This document shows, one piece after another, positions 50,586 through 58,968 of a DNA stretch of 64,000 bases. Source of the stretch: an uncultured Methylomirabilota bacterium (GTDB taxonomy: Bacteria; Methylomirabilota; Methylomirabilia; Methylomirabilales; 2-02-FULL-66-22); the NCBI GenBank assembly GCA_963845565.1, contig CAWJSJ010000005.1:800001-864000 (forward strand), given 5' to 3'. Both the position numbers and the translations under genes were made by a program. Under the pieces are notes generated by a model. The model worked only from the letters and a program-made list of their open reading frames with translations. It was not told where the DNA came from and searched no databases. Position 1 is the first letter of the stretch, and every line of letters starts with the position of its first letter.

Positions 50586-50730
50586 CAGGCTGTTGAAAAA
50601 GGCCCATCTGCGGCGTTGGCGCTTGCTCGGGCACTCGCTGCGGCGTACCTGGAGTACGCCTGGACCCACCTTCGGTGGGTACCCCGCCCTTCGCGCGCCG
50701 CCTTGCATCTGGACCTTTTTGACCAGCCTG
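50586..50730 (+). repeat. Family A palindromic repeat, copy 4, with an extra internal hairpin
   Basis: CAGGCTGTTGAAAAAGG...CCTTTTTGACCAGCCTG; insertion ACCCACC-TTCG-GTGGGT. Confidence 0.85.
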
Positions 50731-50831
50731 GGTGGGAACGGGTTTCTCGGTCCCCTGCTGGGACTGGCAGGGACAGGGAGGTGGTTCGCTGTCGCTGTCG
50801 GAGATCGCTGTCGAAACAGAGGAGGCTGGCC

Positions 50832-51641
50832 GTGATCAAGGCGGTGGTTGCTGGGGCGGCGGGACGCATGGGGAAGCGATTGGTCGCGCTGCTGCACGAG
50901 AGCCCCGAGTTCGAGGTGGTGGGCGCCTTCGAGCGACCGGGCCATCCGCAACTCGGACAGGATGCGGGGACGGTCGCCGGCGTCGGGCCGCTGGGGATCC
51001 GCATTGCGGATGCGCCCGGGGCGGCGCTGAAGGACGCACAGGTCCTGCTGGATTTCACGGCGCCCGCGGCCACCATGCAGAACCTCGAGGCGGCGAGCCG
51101 AGCCGGGGTTGCCATGGTCATCGGCACGACCGGCATCGGAGAGGCGGACCTGGCCCGCATCCCGGAGTTCTGTCGCAGGATTCCCTGCGTGCGCTCGCCC
51201 AGCATGAGCGTTGCGGTCAACGCCGTGTTCGGGACGCTCGCGCAGATGGCGCGGATCCTGGGCGACGCATACGATGTCGAGATCATCGAGGCGCATCATC
51301 ACTTCAAGAAGGACGCGCCGAGCGGCACGGCGGAGCGGATGGCCGAGGTGATCGCGCATGCGCTCGGCCGAGATCTGAAGACCGTCGGGATTTACGGACG
51401 GCACGGCATGGTGGGCGAACGCGGGTCCAAGGAGATCGGCGTTCACGCGATCCGGGCCGGGGACATCGTGGGGGAACACACGGTGCTGTTCGGGGGCATC
51501 GGGGAGCGGATCGAAGTGACGGTTCGGTCGCAGAGCCGCGACAGTTACGTGCAGGGCGCACTCCGGGCTGCATCCTGGGTGGTCGGCAAGGCGCCCGGTC
51601 TCTACGGTATGGGGGACGTCTTGGGTTTGCCACCGGCGTGA
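50832..51641 (+). CDS. dapB: 4-hydroxy-tetrahydrodipicolinate reductase
   Basis: GAAGRMG, DFT.P, VIGTTG, EIIEAHHHFKKDAPSGTA, IRAGDIVGEH. Confidence 0.97.
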   Translation: MIKAVVAGAAGRMGKRLVALLHESPEFEVVGAFERPGHPQLGQDAGTVAGVGPLGIRIADAPGAALKDAQVLLDFTAPAATMQNLEAASRAGVAMVIGTTGIGEADLARIPEFCRRIPCVRSPSMSVAVNAVFGTLAQMARILGDAYDVEIIEAHHHFKKDAPSGTAERMAEVIAHALGRDLKTVGIYGRHGMVGERGSKEIGVHAIRAGDIVGEHTVLFGGIGERIEVTVRSQSRDSYVQGALRAASWVVGKAPGLYGMGDVLGLPPA

Positions 51642-51680
51642 GCGGCATCGTCGGCTCACCTTGCGAAGAACGAGGGCCAC

Positions 51681-52859
51681 ATGAGCGGTTACACACCATC
51701 CGAACGACTGCGCGCGCTTCCCCCGTACCTGTTCGCCGAGTTGGACCGGATGAAGCAGGCACAGGTGAAGAAGGGGGCGGACATCATCAGTCTCGGGATC
51801 GGAGACCCGGACCTTCCGACTCCCCCGCACATCATCCAGGCCCTGGCCCTGGCCGCGGCCGATCCGAAGAATCACCAGTACCCCTCCTACGAGGGCATGC
51901 TGACCTTCCGGAAGGCGGCGGCGGACTGGTACCGGGGACGCTTCGGGGTGACCCTCGACCCGGCGACCGAGGTGCTGACGCTGATCGGATCCAAGGAAGG
52001 GATCGGTCACCTGCCGCTGGCCTTCGTCAATCCCGGCGACGTGGTGCTGGTCCCGGACCCGGCCTATCCGGTCTATCAGGCGGGGACGCTCTTCGCCGGG
52101 GGCGAGTCCTACTTCATGCCGTTGACCGCGGCGCGGGATTTCCTTCCCGACCTCGGCGCCATTCCGCCCGCCGTGCTCAAGCGCGCCAAGATTCTCTGGC
52201 TGAATTATCCGAACAATCCAACCGGCGCGGTGGCGCCCCGCGAGTTCCTGGCGGAGGCCGTGGGTTTTGCCCGGCAGCATCGGTTGATCCTGGCCCACGA
52301 CGCGCCCTATTCCGAGATCGCCTTCGACGGGTACCGACCGGAGAGCATCCTGAACATCCCCGGGGCCAAAGAGGTTGCGATCGAGTACCATTCGGTTTCC
52401 AAGACCTACAACATGACCGGGTGGCGCGTGGGATTCGCGGTGGGGAACGCCGAGATCTTGGCGGGCCTCGGGCGGGTCAAGCAGAACCTCGACTCCGGAG
52501 TCTTCCAGGCGGTGCAGCATGCGGGGATCGCCGCACTCGCCGGCTCCCAGCAATGCGTGGCCGATAACTGCCGGATCTGGCAAGAGCGGCGGGACATCCT
52601 CATCGGCGGCCTGCGCGACATGGGATTCGCCGTGGCGTCGCCCCGAGCGAGCTTCTACGCCTGGGTCCCGGTGCCGGCGGGTTTCACCTCGAGCAGCTTC
52701 TGTGTGGAGCTCCTGGTGAAGGCGGGGGTCGTGGTGACGCCGGGGAACGGGTTCGGCGCTGCCGGCGAGGGCTTCGTGCGGGCCGCCTTCACGGTCGACG
52801 CGGACCGGATCCGCGAAGCGATAGAACGAATTCGACAACTGGGCATTCGAGGCTCCTGA
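51681..52859 (+). CDS. dapL: LL-diaminopimelate aminotransferase (class I/II)
   Basis: LPPYLFAE, LGIGDPD, LIGSKEGI.H, NYPNNPTG, SKTYNMTGWRVG, DSGVF; lysA-dapA-dapB context. Confidence 0.85.
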   Translation: MSGYTPSERLRALPPYLFAELDRMKQAQVKKGADIISLGIGDPDLPTPPHIIQALALAAADPKNHQYPSYEGMLTFRKAAADWYRGRFGVTLDPATEVLTLIGSKEGIGHLPLAFVNPGDVVLVPDPAYPVYQAGTLFAGGESYFMPLTAARDFLPDLGAIPPAVLKRAKILWLNYPNNPTGAVAPREFLAEAVGFARQHRLILAHDAPYSEIAFDGYRPESILNIPGAKEVAIEYHSVSKTYNMTGWRVGFAVGNAEILAGLGRVKQNLDSGVFQAVQHAGIAALAGSQQCVADNCRIWQERRDILIGGLRDMGFAVASPRASFYAWVPVPAGFTSSSFCVELLVKAGVVVTPGNGFGAAGEGFVRAAFTVDADRIREAIERIRQLGIRGS

Positions 52860-52929
52860 GTCCGCGGGAGAACCGGGCGAGGCGCCAAGCGGTGGCGCCT
52901 CGCCTTTCACCGTTCACGGCCTGCCGATC

Positions 52930-53283
52930 ATGGATCGTATCCTCCTTCACGGGATCCAGTTTTACGGCTACCACGGGGTTCATGAGGAAGAACGCCGGCT
53001 GGGCCAGCGTTTCGTCGTGGATGTGGAGCTGCGCCTCGACCTCGCGGGGGTCGAGGCGGGGGACGATGTCTCGCTGACCGTGGACTACAGCCAGGTACTG
53101 GCCGCCGTCCTGGAGATTGGCACCCGGCAGCAGTTTCGCCTCCTGGAAACGCTGGCGGCGCGGATCGCCGACGCGATTCTCCAGCGCTTTCCCGTCCGGC
53201 AGGTCACCGTGCGCGCCACCAAACCGGCGCCCGCCATGCCGGGCGTGCTGGGCGGAGTCAGCGTCGAGATCGCGCGGCCATGA
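52930..53283 (+). CDS. folB: Dihydroneopterin aldolase
   Basis: FYGYHGV..EE...GQRF.VD, TVDY, LLETLA, KP. Confidence 0.95.
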   Translation: MDRILLHGIQFYGYHGVHEEERRLGQRFVVDVELRLDLAGVEAGDDVSLTVDYSQVLAAVLEIGTRQQFRLLETLAARIADAILQRFPVRQVTVRATKPAPAMPGVLGGVSVEIARP

Positions 53284-53753
53284 CGGTCCGGGCCTTTGTT
53301 GCGATCGGGTCGAATGTCGGCGACCGGCGGAAGCACTGTCGTGAGGCCCAGAACCGGCTGGGGGGGCTTCCGGAGACCGTGCTGGTCCGGGCGTCGGCGC
53401 TGATCGAGACGGCCCCCCAGGAGGGCGCGACGGGCGGGCCCTTTCTGAACGGTGTGGTGGAGCTGGAGACCGCGCTTTCGCCGGAGGCGCTTCTTCACGC
53501 GCTGCAGGCGATCGAAACGGCGCTCGGCCGACCCGCGCACCGCGACCGCGGGACCCCGCGGACGATGGATCTGGATATTCTGTTGTACGGGGATCGTCTC
53601 GTCCGTCAACCTGGTCTCGAGATCCCGCATCCTCGGATGGCGCAGCGCCGGTTCGTGCTGGAACCGTTGGCCGCCATCGCCCCGGACGCGCGGCATCCCG
53701 CACTCGACCTAACGGCGGCCGCGCTCCTCCGTCGCCTCGATGCGGCGGAGTAA
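53280..53753 (+). CDS. folK: 2-amino-4-hydroxy-6-hydroxymethyldihydropteridine diphosphokinase
   Basis: IGSNVGD, FLNGV, PRTMDLDILLY, IPHPRM..RRFVL.PL. Confidence 0.95.
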   Translation: MTVRAFVAIGSNVGDRRKHCREAQNRLGGLPETVLVRASALIETAPQEGATGGPFLNGVVELETALSPEALLHALQAIETALGRPAHRDRGTPRTMDLDILLYGDRLVRQPGLEIPHPRMAQRRFVLEPLAAIAPDARHPALDLTAAALLRRLDAAE

Positions 53754-53854
53754 GCCGTTGTCAAAGAATAGGTTGAGCGGAGACATTCCGAAACGGCATA
53801 AGAAGCCGTAACGAAATAGATCGAGATGCATAGGTTATTTCGTAACGGCTCTTA
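53753..53854 (+). repeat. Family B about 103-bp repeat, copy 2
   Basis: AGCCGTTGTCAAAGAATA...AGACATTCC.AAACGGCA...TATTTCGTAACGGCTCTT, matches 35630-35732. Confidence 0.85.
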
Positions 53855-53879
53855 ACGCGGTCTCAGTGAGGGTGACTCC

Positions 53880-54533
53880 ATGAACGAGGCTCGCCTCTCG
53901 CCTCGCTACATCGTGGTGGAGGGTCCCATCGGCGTCGGGAAGACCAGCCTGGTCGAGCGCCTGGCGGAGCGTCTCGGAGGGCGGACGCTGCTGGAGGCGG
54001 CTGCCGACAATCCATTCCTGGCTGGGTTCTACAAGGATGGGCGACGGTATGCGTTCCAGACGCAGCTGTGGTTCCTGTTGAACCGGTTCCGGCAGCAGCA
54101 GGAGCTCGCCCAGTGGGATCTGTTCCGGCAAACCCTGGTCGCCGATTACCTGTTCGCCAAGGACAAGATCTTTGCCTACCTGACGCTGGAGGATCACGAG
54201 CTCACGCTTTACGAGCGTATCCACGCGCTGCTCCAGGTCCAGGTTCCGACCCCCGATCTCGTCATCTTTCTGCAGGCCAACACCGAGGCCCTCCTGCAGC
54301 GGATCGGGACCCGGGGGAAGCCGTATGAGCGCGAGATCCGGCGGGAGTATCTGGACGAATTGAACGCCGCCTATACCCACTTCTTTTTCCACTATGCGGC
54401 CTCGCCGCTCCTGGTCGTCAACACCAGCGACATCGATTTCGTCAATCGGCCGGACGACTTCGAGGATCTGGTCAAAGCGATCTTGGAAACCCGGGCGGGT
54501 ACGCATTACTATGTGCCGCGCAGCCGCACGTGA
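53880..54533 (+). CDS. Deoxynucleoside kinase family protein
   Basis: VEGPIGVGKTSL P-loop, NPFL..FY, TQLWFL..R, PDLVIFLQA, RI..RG..YE. Confidence 0.92.
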   Translation: MNEARLSPRYIVVEGPIGVGKTSLVERLAERLGGRTLLEAAADNPFLAGFYKDGRRYAFQTQLWFLLNRFRQQQELAQWDLFRQTLVADYLFAKDKIFAYLTLEDHELTLYERIHALLQVQVPTPDLVIFLQANTEALLQRIGTRGKPYEREIRREYLDELNAAYTHFFFHYAASPLLVVNTSDIDFVNRPDDFEDLVKAILETRAGTHYYVPRSRT

Positions 54534-54595
54534 CCGCCGCCTGAGCGCGATCCTGACGCGGACCGCTACCCGCCAATCCCAGAGCGAGCTTTCCT

Positions 54596-55438
54596 ATGCA
54601 GATCATCGCTGAGCCGCGACGCATGCAGCAGTTGGCAGAGGAGACACGACGGGCAGGGCGCTCCATCGGCGTCGTTCCCACCATGGGGGCGCTGCACGCG
54701 GGGCATCTGAGCTTGCTGCGGCGCTGTCGGGCGGAGAGCGACCTGGCGGTGATGACCCTCTTCGTGAACCCGCTCCAGTTTGACCGCAAGGACGACCTGG
54801 CGCGGTATCCCCGCGATCAGGACCGGGACGCTCGGCTGGCCCGCGAGGCGGGTGTGGACGTCATCTATACACCCACGCCGGAGGCCATGTACCCCGCAGG
54901 GTACGCCACCTACGTGACGGTCGAGGGCCTCGCCGACCGCTGGGAAGGGGCCACGCGGCCCGGCCACTTTCGGGGCGTGGCCACGGTGTGCACCAAGCTG
55001 TTCACTGCGTGCCGTCCGCACCGCGCCTATTTCGGGCAGAAGGATTATCAGCAAACCCTGGTCATGCGGCGGTTGGTGACCGACCTCGACCTTGGTCTCG
55101 AGTTGGTGGTGCTGCCGACGGTGCGGGAAGCCGATGGCCTGGCGCTGAGTTCGCGGAACGTGCTGCTGACCCCCGAGGCCCGCCGGCAGGCCGTGACGAT
55201 TTCGCGCGCCTTGACGGCTGCCCAGGCCGCGGTGAAGGGCGGGGAGCGGGATGCCGAGCGGCTTCGGGCAACCATCGAGGCGCAGATCCGGACCGCCCCC
55301 CTGGCCGAGATTGAGTACGTGGCGGTCTGCGACCCCGACACGCTCGCATCGCTGACGCGTCTCGCGCCGCGGGGCGTGGCACTGGTGGCCGCCCGCTTCG
55401 GCCCCGTTCGGCTCATCGACAACATCCTGTTGGACTGA
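54596..55438 (+). CDS. panC: Pantoate--beta-alanine ligase
   Basis: VPTMGALHAGH, FVNPLQF, RPGHFRGV, FGQKDYQQ, READGLALSSRN, RLIDN. Confidence 0.97.
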   Translation: MQIIAEPRRMQQLAEETRRAGRSIGVVPTMGALHAGHLSLLRRCRAESDLAVMTLFVNPLQFDRKDDLARYPRDQDRDARLAREAGVDVIYTPTPEAMYPAGYATYVTVEGLADRWEGATRPGHFRGVATVCTKLFTACRPHRAYFGQKDYQQTLVMRRLVTDLDLGLELVVLPTVREADGLALSSRNVLLTPEARRQAVTISRALTAAQAAVKGGERDAERLRATIEAQIRTAPLAEIEYVAVCDPDTLASLTRLAPRGVALVAARFGPVRLIDNILLD

Positions 55439-55439
55439 G

Positions 55440-56112
55440 ATGGACGCACCGACCGTCTTGCTCTCAACCTACATCCCAGAGGCGCTGCGCGCGTGTCCAC
55501 CCCTGGCGCGGTACGCGACCCCCTGGCACATGGCCGCGCACGCGGCGGAGGTGGTGCGCGCTCTGCTGCCGACGCTCGGTGCGGAGTTTGCCGTCACCGA
55601 TGAGGTGGCGGTGCATCGGACCGCCAGCGTCGAGGCCGGGGCGGTGGTCCGCGGGCCCGCCATTCTCGGTCGGAATTGCGCGGTCGCCGCCCATGCCTAT
55701 CTCCGCGACGGCGTGTTCCTGGATGAGGAGCGTGCGGATCGGGCCGTCGTGTGAGGTGAAGGCCAGTTTCCTCTTTCGGGGAGCAGTCCTGGCGCACCTG
55801 AATTACGCGGGGAACTCGCTGATCGGGTCCGCGGTGAACGTGGAGGCCGGGGCGGTACTGGCGAATCACTGGAACGAGCGGGACGGCAAGGAGATCGCCG
55901 TGCTGTTGGCCGAGTGCCCGGTCATGACGGGCGTCGAGAAGTTCGGTGCGCTGGTGGGCGACGGCGCGCGGATCGGGGCGAACGCGGTTACCTCGCCGGG
56001 GACGCTCCTGCTGCCCCGGAGTGTCGTGGGACGATTGACACTGGTGGATCAGGTGGCCCAGTACGAGGCGCGTCAGCGCGATGCCGGGGTAATCGAGAGC
56101 CACAGCCATTAG
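55440..56112 (+). CDS. Stand-alone hexapeptide-repeat (left-handed beta-helix) transferase, GlmU C-terminal-like, 1 frameshift near 55730
   Basis: HRTASVEAGAVVRGPAILG, IGPSCEVKAS, HLNY.GNSLIG, KFGALVGD...IGANAV..PG. Confidence 0.8.
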
Positions 56113-56316
56113 CAGGCTCTTGGGGGCCTCTCCCGAGTCGGCGTGATCGCCGCGCCTGTGTTCTCTCCGCAGAAATTCGTCGGAGAAAACCGCAAAGCAT
56201 CCGCGTGGGTATCCAGCCCTTGGGTGGGATACGCTCATCAAGCCCTAGGGCTGGTGGCAGGAATTCTCCCATCTCGTAGACGCATTTAAACCCGCAAAAA
56301 ATCTCACGAAAATCTC

Positions 56317-56346
56317 TTGACATCAGGTTTTCCGTCGTTATATTCT
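56317..56346 (+). promoter_or_regulatory. dcw (mraZ) promoter
   Basis: TTGACA followed by TATATT (16 bp) or TATTCT (18 bp). Confidence 0.7.
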
Positions 56347-56356
56347 GCGCCACATG

Positions 56357-56403
56357 GTGGGGAGAAGTGGGATATGATGGATCAATAGCCCATCTCATCC
56401 CAT
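56357..56403 (+). promoter_or_regulatory. MraZ-binding boxes (dcw boxes)
   Basis: GTGGG, GTGGG, ATGGA at 10-bp spacing (56357, 56367, 56377) plus two inverted CCCAT copies at 56389 and 56399. Confidence 0.7.
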
Positions 56404-56427
56404 GCAGTGGATTCGGAGTGGAGGCTC

Positions 56428-56859
56428 ATGTTCCGCGGCCAGTTCGAGCACGCAATCGACGACAAGGGGCGGCTGAGCATCCCGGCGAAATTCCGCGAGG
56501 TGCTACGGGAGGAGAAGACGCTGGTGCTCACCAGCGCCGAGTCCTATCTCACGGCCTACCCGCTTACGGAGTGGCGCGCGCTCGAGGAGCGCCTGCGCGC
56601 AAATCCGAAGTTCAAGCGAGAGCAGCGTGATTTCCTTCGATTCGTCTACTCCTCGGCGGAGGACGTCGGGTTGGATTCCCAGGGACGCATCCTGATCCCG
56701 CAGGGCCTGCGTCAGCGGGCCGGGATCGCCCGCGAGGTGGTGATCATCGGGGTCATGGACACGATCGAGATCTGGGACAAGGCGCGCTGGGAGGCGAAGG
56801 TCGCCTCGGCCCCGTCGCCCGAGGAGTTGTCGGCCACGCTGGGCGAATTGGGGATCTGA
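56428..56859 (+). CDS. mraZ: Division/cell wall cluster transcriptional repressor MraZ
   Basis: MFRGQFEHAIDDKGRLSIPAKFR, DSQGRILIP, IEIWD. Confidence 0.96.
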   Translation: MFRGQFEHAIDDKGRLSIPAKFREVLREEKTLVLTSAESYLTAYPLTEWRALEERLRANPKFKREQRDFLRFVYSSAEDVGLDSQGRILIPQGLRQRAGIAREVVIIGVMDTIEIWDKARWEAKVASAPSPEELSATLGELGI

Positions 56860-56946
56860 TCCGGGCGGTGGCGTTTCCGTCTACGCGGTGTCGCGGGATG
56901 GAGCGCCCAGGACGAGCGAAGTGCCGCACGGGCACGAGGGGGAATC

Positions 56947-57123
56947 ATGGCTGAGCCACGCGAAGGACGTCTGACGTACGCAGCGAGCAGGCCCCTGCCG
57001 GAGGCGCCGAGCGTCGGCGGGATCGCGGTCGAGCCGCGGCGGATCCGAGAGCCACGTCCGCTCCTGCTTCCCGCGAAGTCCAGCCGGGAATGGGGTCAGG
57101 TGCGGCGCATCGCCTATCTCTAG
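56947..57123 (+). CDS. Small hypothetical protein (58 aa, absent from the ORF track)
   Basis: GAGGGGG RBS, ATG 56947, MAEPREGRLTYAASRPLPEAPSVGGIAVEPRRIREPRPLLLPAKSSREWGQVRRIAYL*; fills the gap between mraZ and the STAS gene. Confidence 0.5.
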   Translation: MAEPREGRLTYAASRPLPEAPSVGGIAVEPRRIREPRPLLLPAKSSREWGQVRRIAYL

Positions 57124-57141
57124 GACTTGAGGAGGGACGTC

Positions 57142-57513
57142 ATGCAGGTCCGCTGGTCAGAGATGTACCGGGTGGCGGTGCTCGACCCTCAGGGGGACCT
57201 CGGGATTCGCACCATGGTGGACATGAAGAACGCCATCACCAGTTTGCTGCGCGACGGGTGTCGGACGCTGATCGTGGACTGTCGCGAGGTGCAGCGACTC
57301 GAGGCCATGAGTCTGGGTGTGCTGGTCGAGCGCCTGTGTCGCGCCCGCGAGCTGAACGGCACCCTGGCCCTGGCGCATCTCAACGCCGACCTCGAGGCGC
57401 GGCTCCAAGAGCTCCGGGTCCACTCGCTGTTCCAGATCTTCGACTCGGTTCCGGCGGCCCTGGAGGGGCTGGTGGGCGCCGGGTCCGAGGCTGTGGCGGC
57501 GCTCGCCGCGTAA
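57142..57513 (+). CDS. STAS-domain (anti-sigma-factor antagonist-like) protein
   Basis: VAVLDPQGDL, LIVDCREVQRLEAMSLGVLV, NGTLAL, LFQIFDSV..AL; GAGGAGG RBS. Confidence 0.8.
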   Translation: MQVRWSEMYRVAVLDPQGDLGIRTMVDMKNAITSLLRDGCRTLIVDCREVQRLEAMSLGVLVERLCRARELNGTLALAHLNADLEARLQELRVHSLFQIFDSVPAALEGLVGAGSEAVAALAA

Positions 57514-57556
57514 CGCGTGCGTCCGGCAAAGCCCGAGCGGCAGGTTGCATGTCACC

Positions 57557-58459
57557 GTGAGCGTTCACGTCCCGGTCCTGCAGGACGAAGTGGTGGCGCT
57601 CCTCCGGCCTCGGCCGGCCGGGCGATACCTGGATGCCACCATCGGCCTGGGCGGGCACGCGGAGGCGATTCTCCGAGCCTCCGAGCCGACAGGGACCCTG
57701 GTGGGGATTGACCGGGACGCGGACGCGCTGGCGATCGCCCGGCAACGGCTGGCCCCTTTCGAGGGGCGGGTCACGACCCTGCAAGGCCGGTACGAGGCGC
57801 TGGGGCAGCTGGTCGAGCCGGACGCACGTTTTGACGGGATCCTCTTCGACCTCGGGGCCTCGTCGCTCCAGATGGACGCTGCGGAACGCGGCTTTTCCTT
57901 TTCGCGCCAGGGGCCCCTGGATATGCGTATGGACCGCGGCGTCGGCAGGACCGCGGCGGATCTGCTTGGCGAGTTATCCGAGGAAGAGCTGGCGGATCTG
58001 ATCTTCCAGTGGGGCGAGGAGCGGTGGTCCCGTCGGATCGCTCGGGCGATCGTGACGGCACGCCACGAGAAGCCGATCGCCACCACGACGGAACTGGCGA
58101 CGGTGGTGGGGCGTTCGATCCCCCGGCGATTGTGGCCTCGGCACATCCACCCTGCCACCCGGACGTTTCAAGCGCTGCGGATCGCAGTGAACGAGGAGGT
58201 GACCGGCCTGGGTCTCGCCCTGGAGGAGGCGACGCGTCTCCTGGCGCCGGGCGGGCGGGTGGCCGTCATCAGCTTTCACTCGCTGGAGGATCGCACCGTG
58301 AAGCAGACCTGGCGGCGCCTGGAAGCCGAGGCTGGTTTGCGGATTGTCACCAAGCGGCCGATTACGCCGGGGACGGCCGAACAGGACGCCAACCCTCGAT
58401 CGCGGAGCGCCAAACTGCGCGCCGCGGAGCAACCCGTCCCCCGTCCGGAGGTCGACTGA
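57557..58459 (+). CDS. rsmH: 16S rRNA m4C1402 methyltransferase RsmH (MraW)
   Basis: HVPVL..EV, DATIGLGGH, DLGASS.Q.D...RGFSF, PLDMRMD, HPATRTFQALRIAVNEE, ISFHSLEDR, NPRSRSAKLR. Confidence 0.97.
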   Translation: MSVHVPVLQDEVVALLRPRPAGRYLDATIGLGGHAEAILRASEPTGTLVGIDRDADALAIARQRLAPFEGRVTTLQGRYEALGQLVEPDARFDGILFDLGASSLQMDAAERGFSFSRQGPLDMRMDRGVGRTAADLLGELSEEELADLIFQWGEERWSRRIARAIVTARHEKPIATTTELATVVGRSIPRRLWPRHIHPATRTFQALRIAVNEEVTGLGLALEEATRLLAPGGRVAVISFHSLEDRTVKQTWRRLEAEAGLRIVTKRPITPGTAEQDANPRSRSAKLRAAEQPVPRPEVD

Positions 58460-58460
58460 G

Positions 58461-58832
58461 ATGGCCCAGATCTCTCCCGCGATCGGTGCCGCGGGTGCCG
58501 GCGTTCGCCTCGCCGCCCGTCCCAGGTCCCGCACCCGCTGGGCATGGTGGCAGTGGCTGGATTCGATTTCGATCGTGGGGCTCTGCCTCGTGATTCTGAC
58601 TGGGGCGCTCTACCATGTCTGGCAGCACATCTACGTGGTGCGCCAGGGGTACGAACTCGAGCGGTTGCGCGAGGCGCGCGCCACGCTGATGCATACAAAC
58701 AAGTCGTTGCGACTGGAGGCAGGGCAGCTTCGGTCGCTCCGACGCGTGGAAGAGATCGCGCGAACTCGGCTGGGCATGACCACGCCCAAACCGGGGCAGG
58801 TGATCCTGATTCCCGAGTCGCCGATCCAGTAG
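58461..58832 (+). CDS. ftsL: Cell division protein FtsL
   Basis: Single TM, coiled coil, L.S..RVEEIAR..LGM..P...Q; position between rsmH and ftsI. Confidence 0.85.
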   Translation: MAQISPAIGAAGAGVRLAARPRSRTRWAWWQWLDSISIVGLCLVILTGALYHVWQHIYVVRQGYELERLREARATLMHTNKSLRLEAGQLRSLRRVEEIARTRLGMTTPKPGQVILIPESPIQ

Positions 58833-58968
58833 TGGCTCCGGGCGGCGCGGGCCGTCCCGGCGGGGTCACCGTTTTGCGGTGCCGGTTTTTTCCGGCACGT
58901 CTCGGCCCGGTCGTTCCCGGGCCGATCCTGCGTGTGCCGAATCCCGAGGCTGGAGGGGCCAGAGAACC

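Noticed and set aside
7233..56112. Frameshifts in the carboxypeptidase, aminotransferase, amidohydrolase, transaldolase-family gene, second TRAP unit, lysA and hexapeptide transferase as programmed frameshifting or pseudogenes
   Set aside because: Single-base indels with otherwise intact motifs, including core lysA; most simply long-read consensus errors
56113..56310. RNase P RNA or other ncRNA upstream of mraZ
   Set aside because: Lacks the GAGGAAAGTCC and CGGCTTA signatures; only one 12-bp hairpin seen
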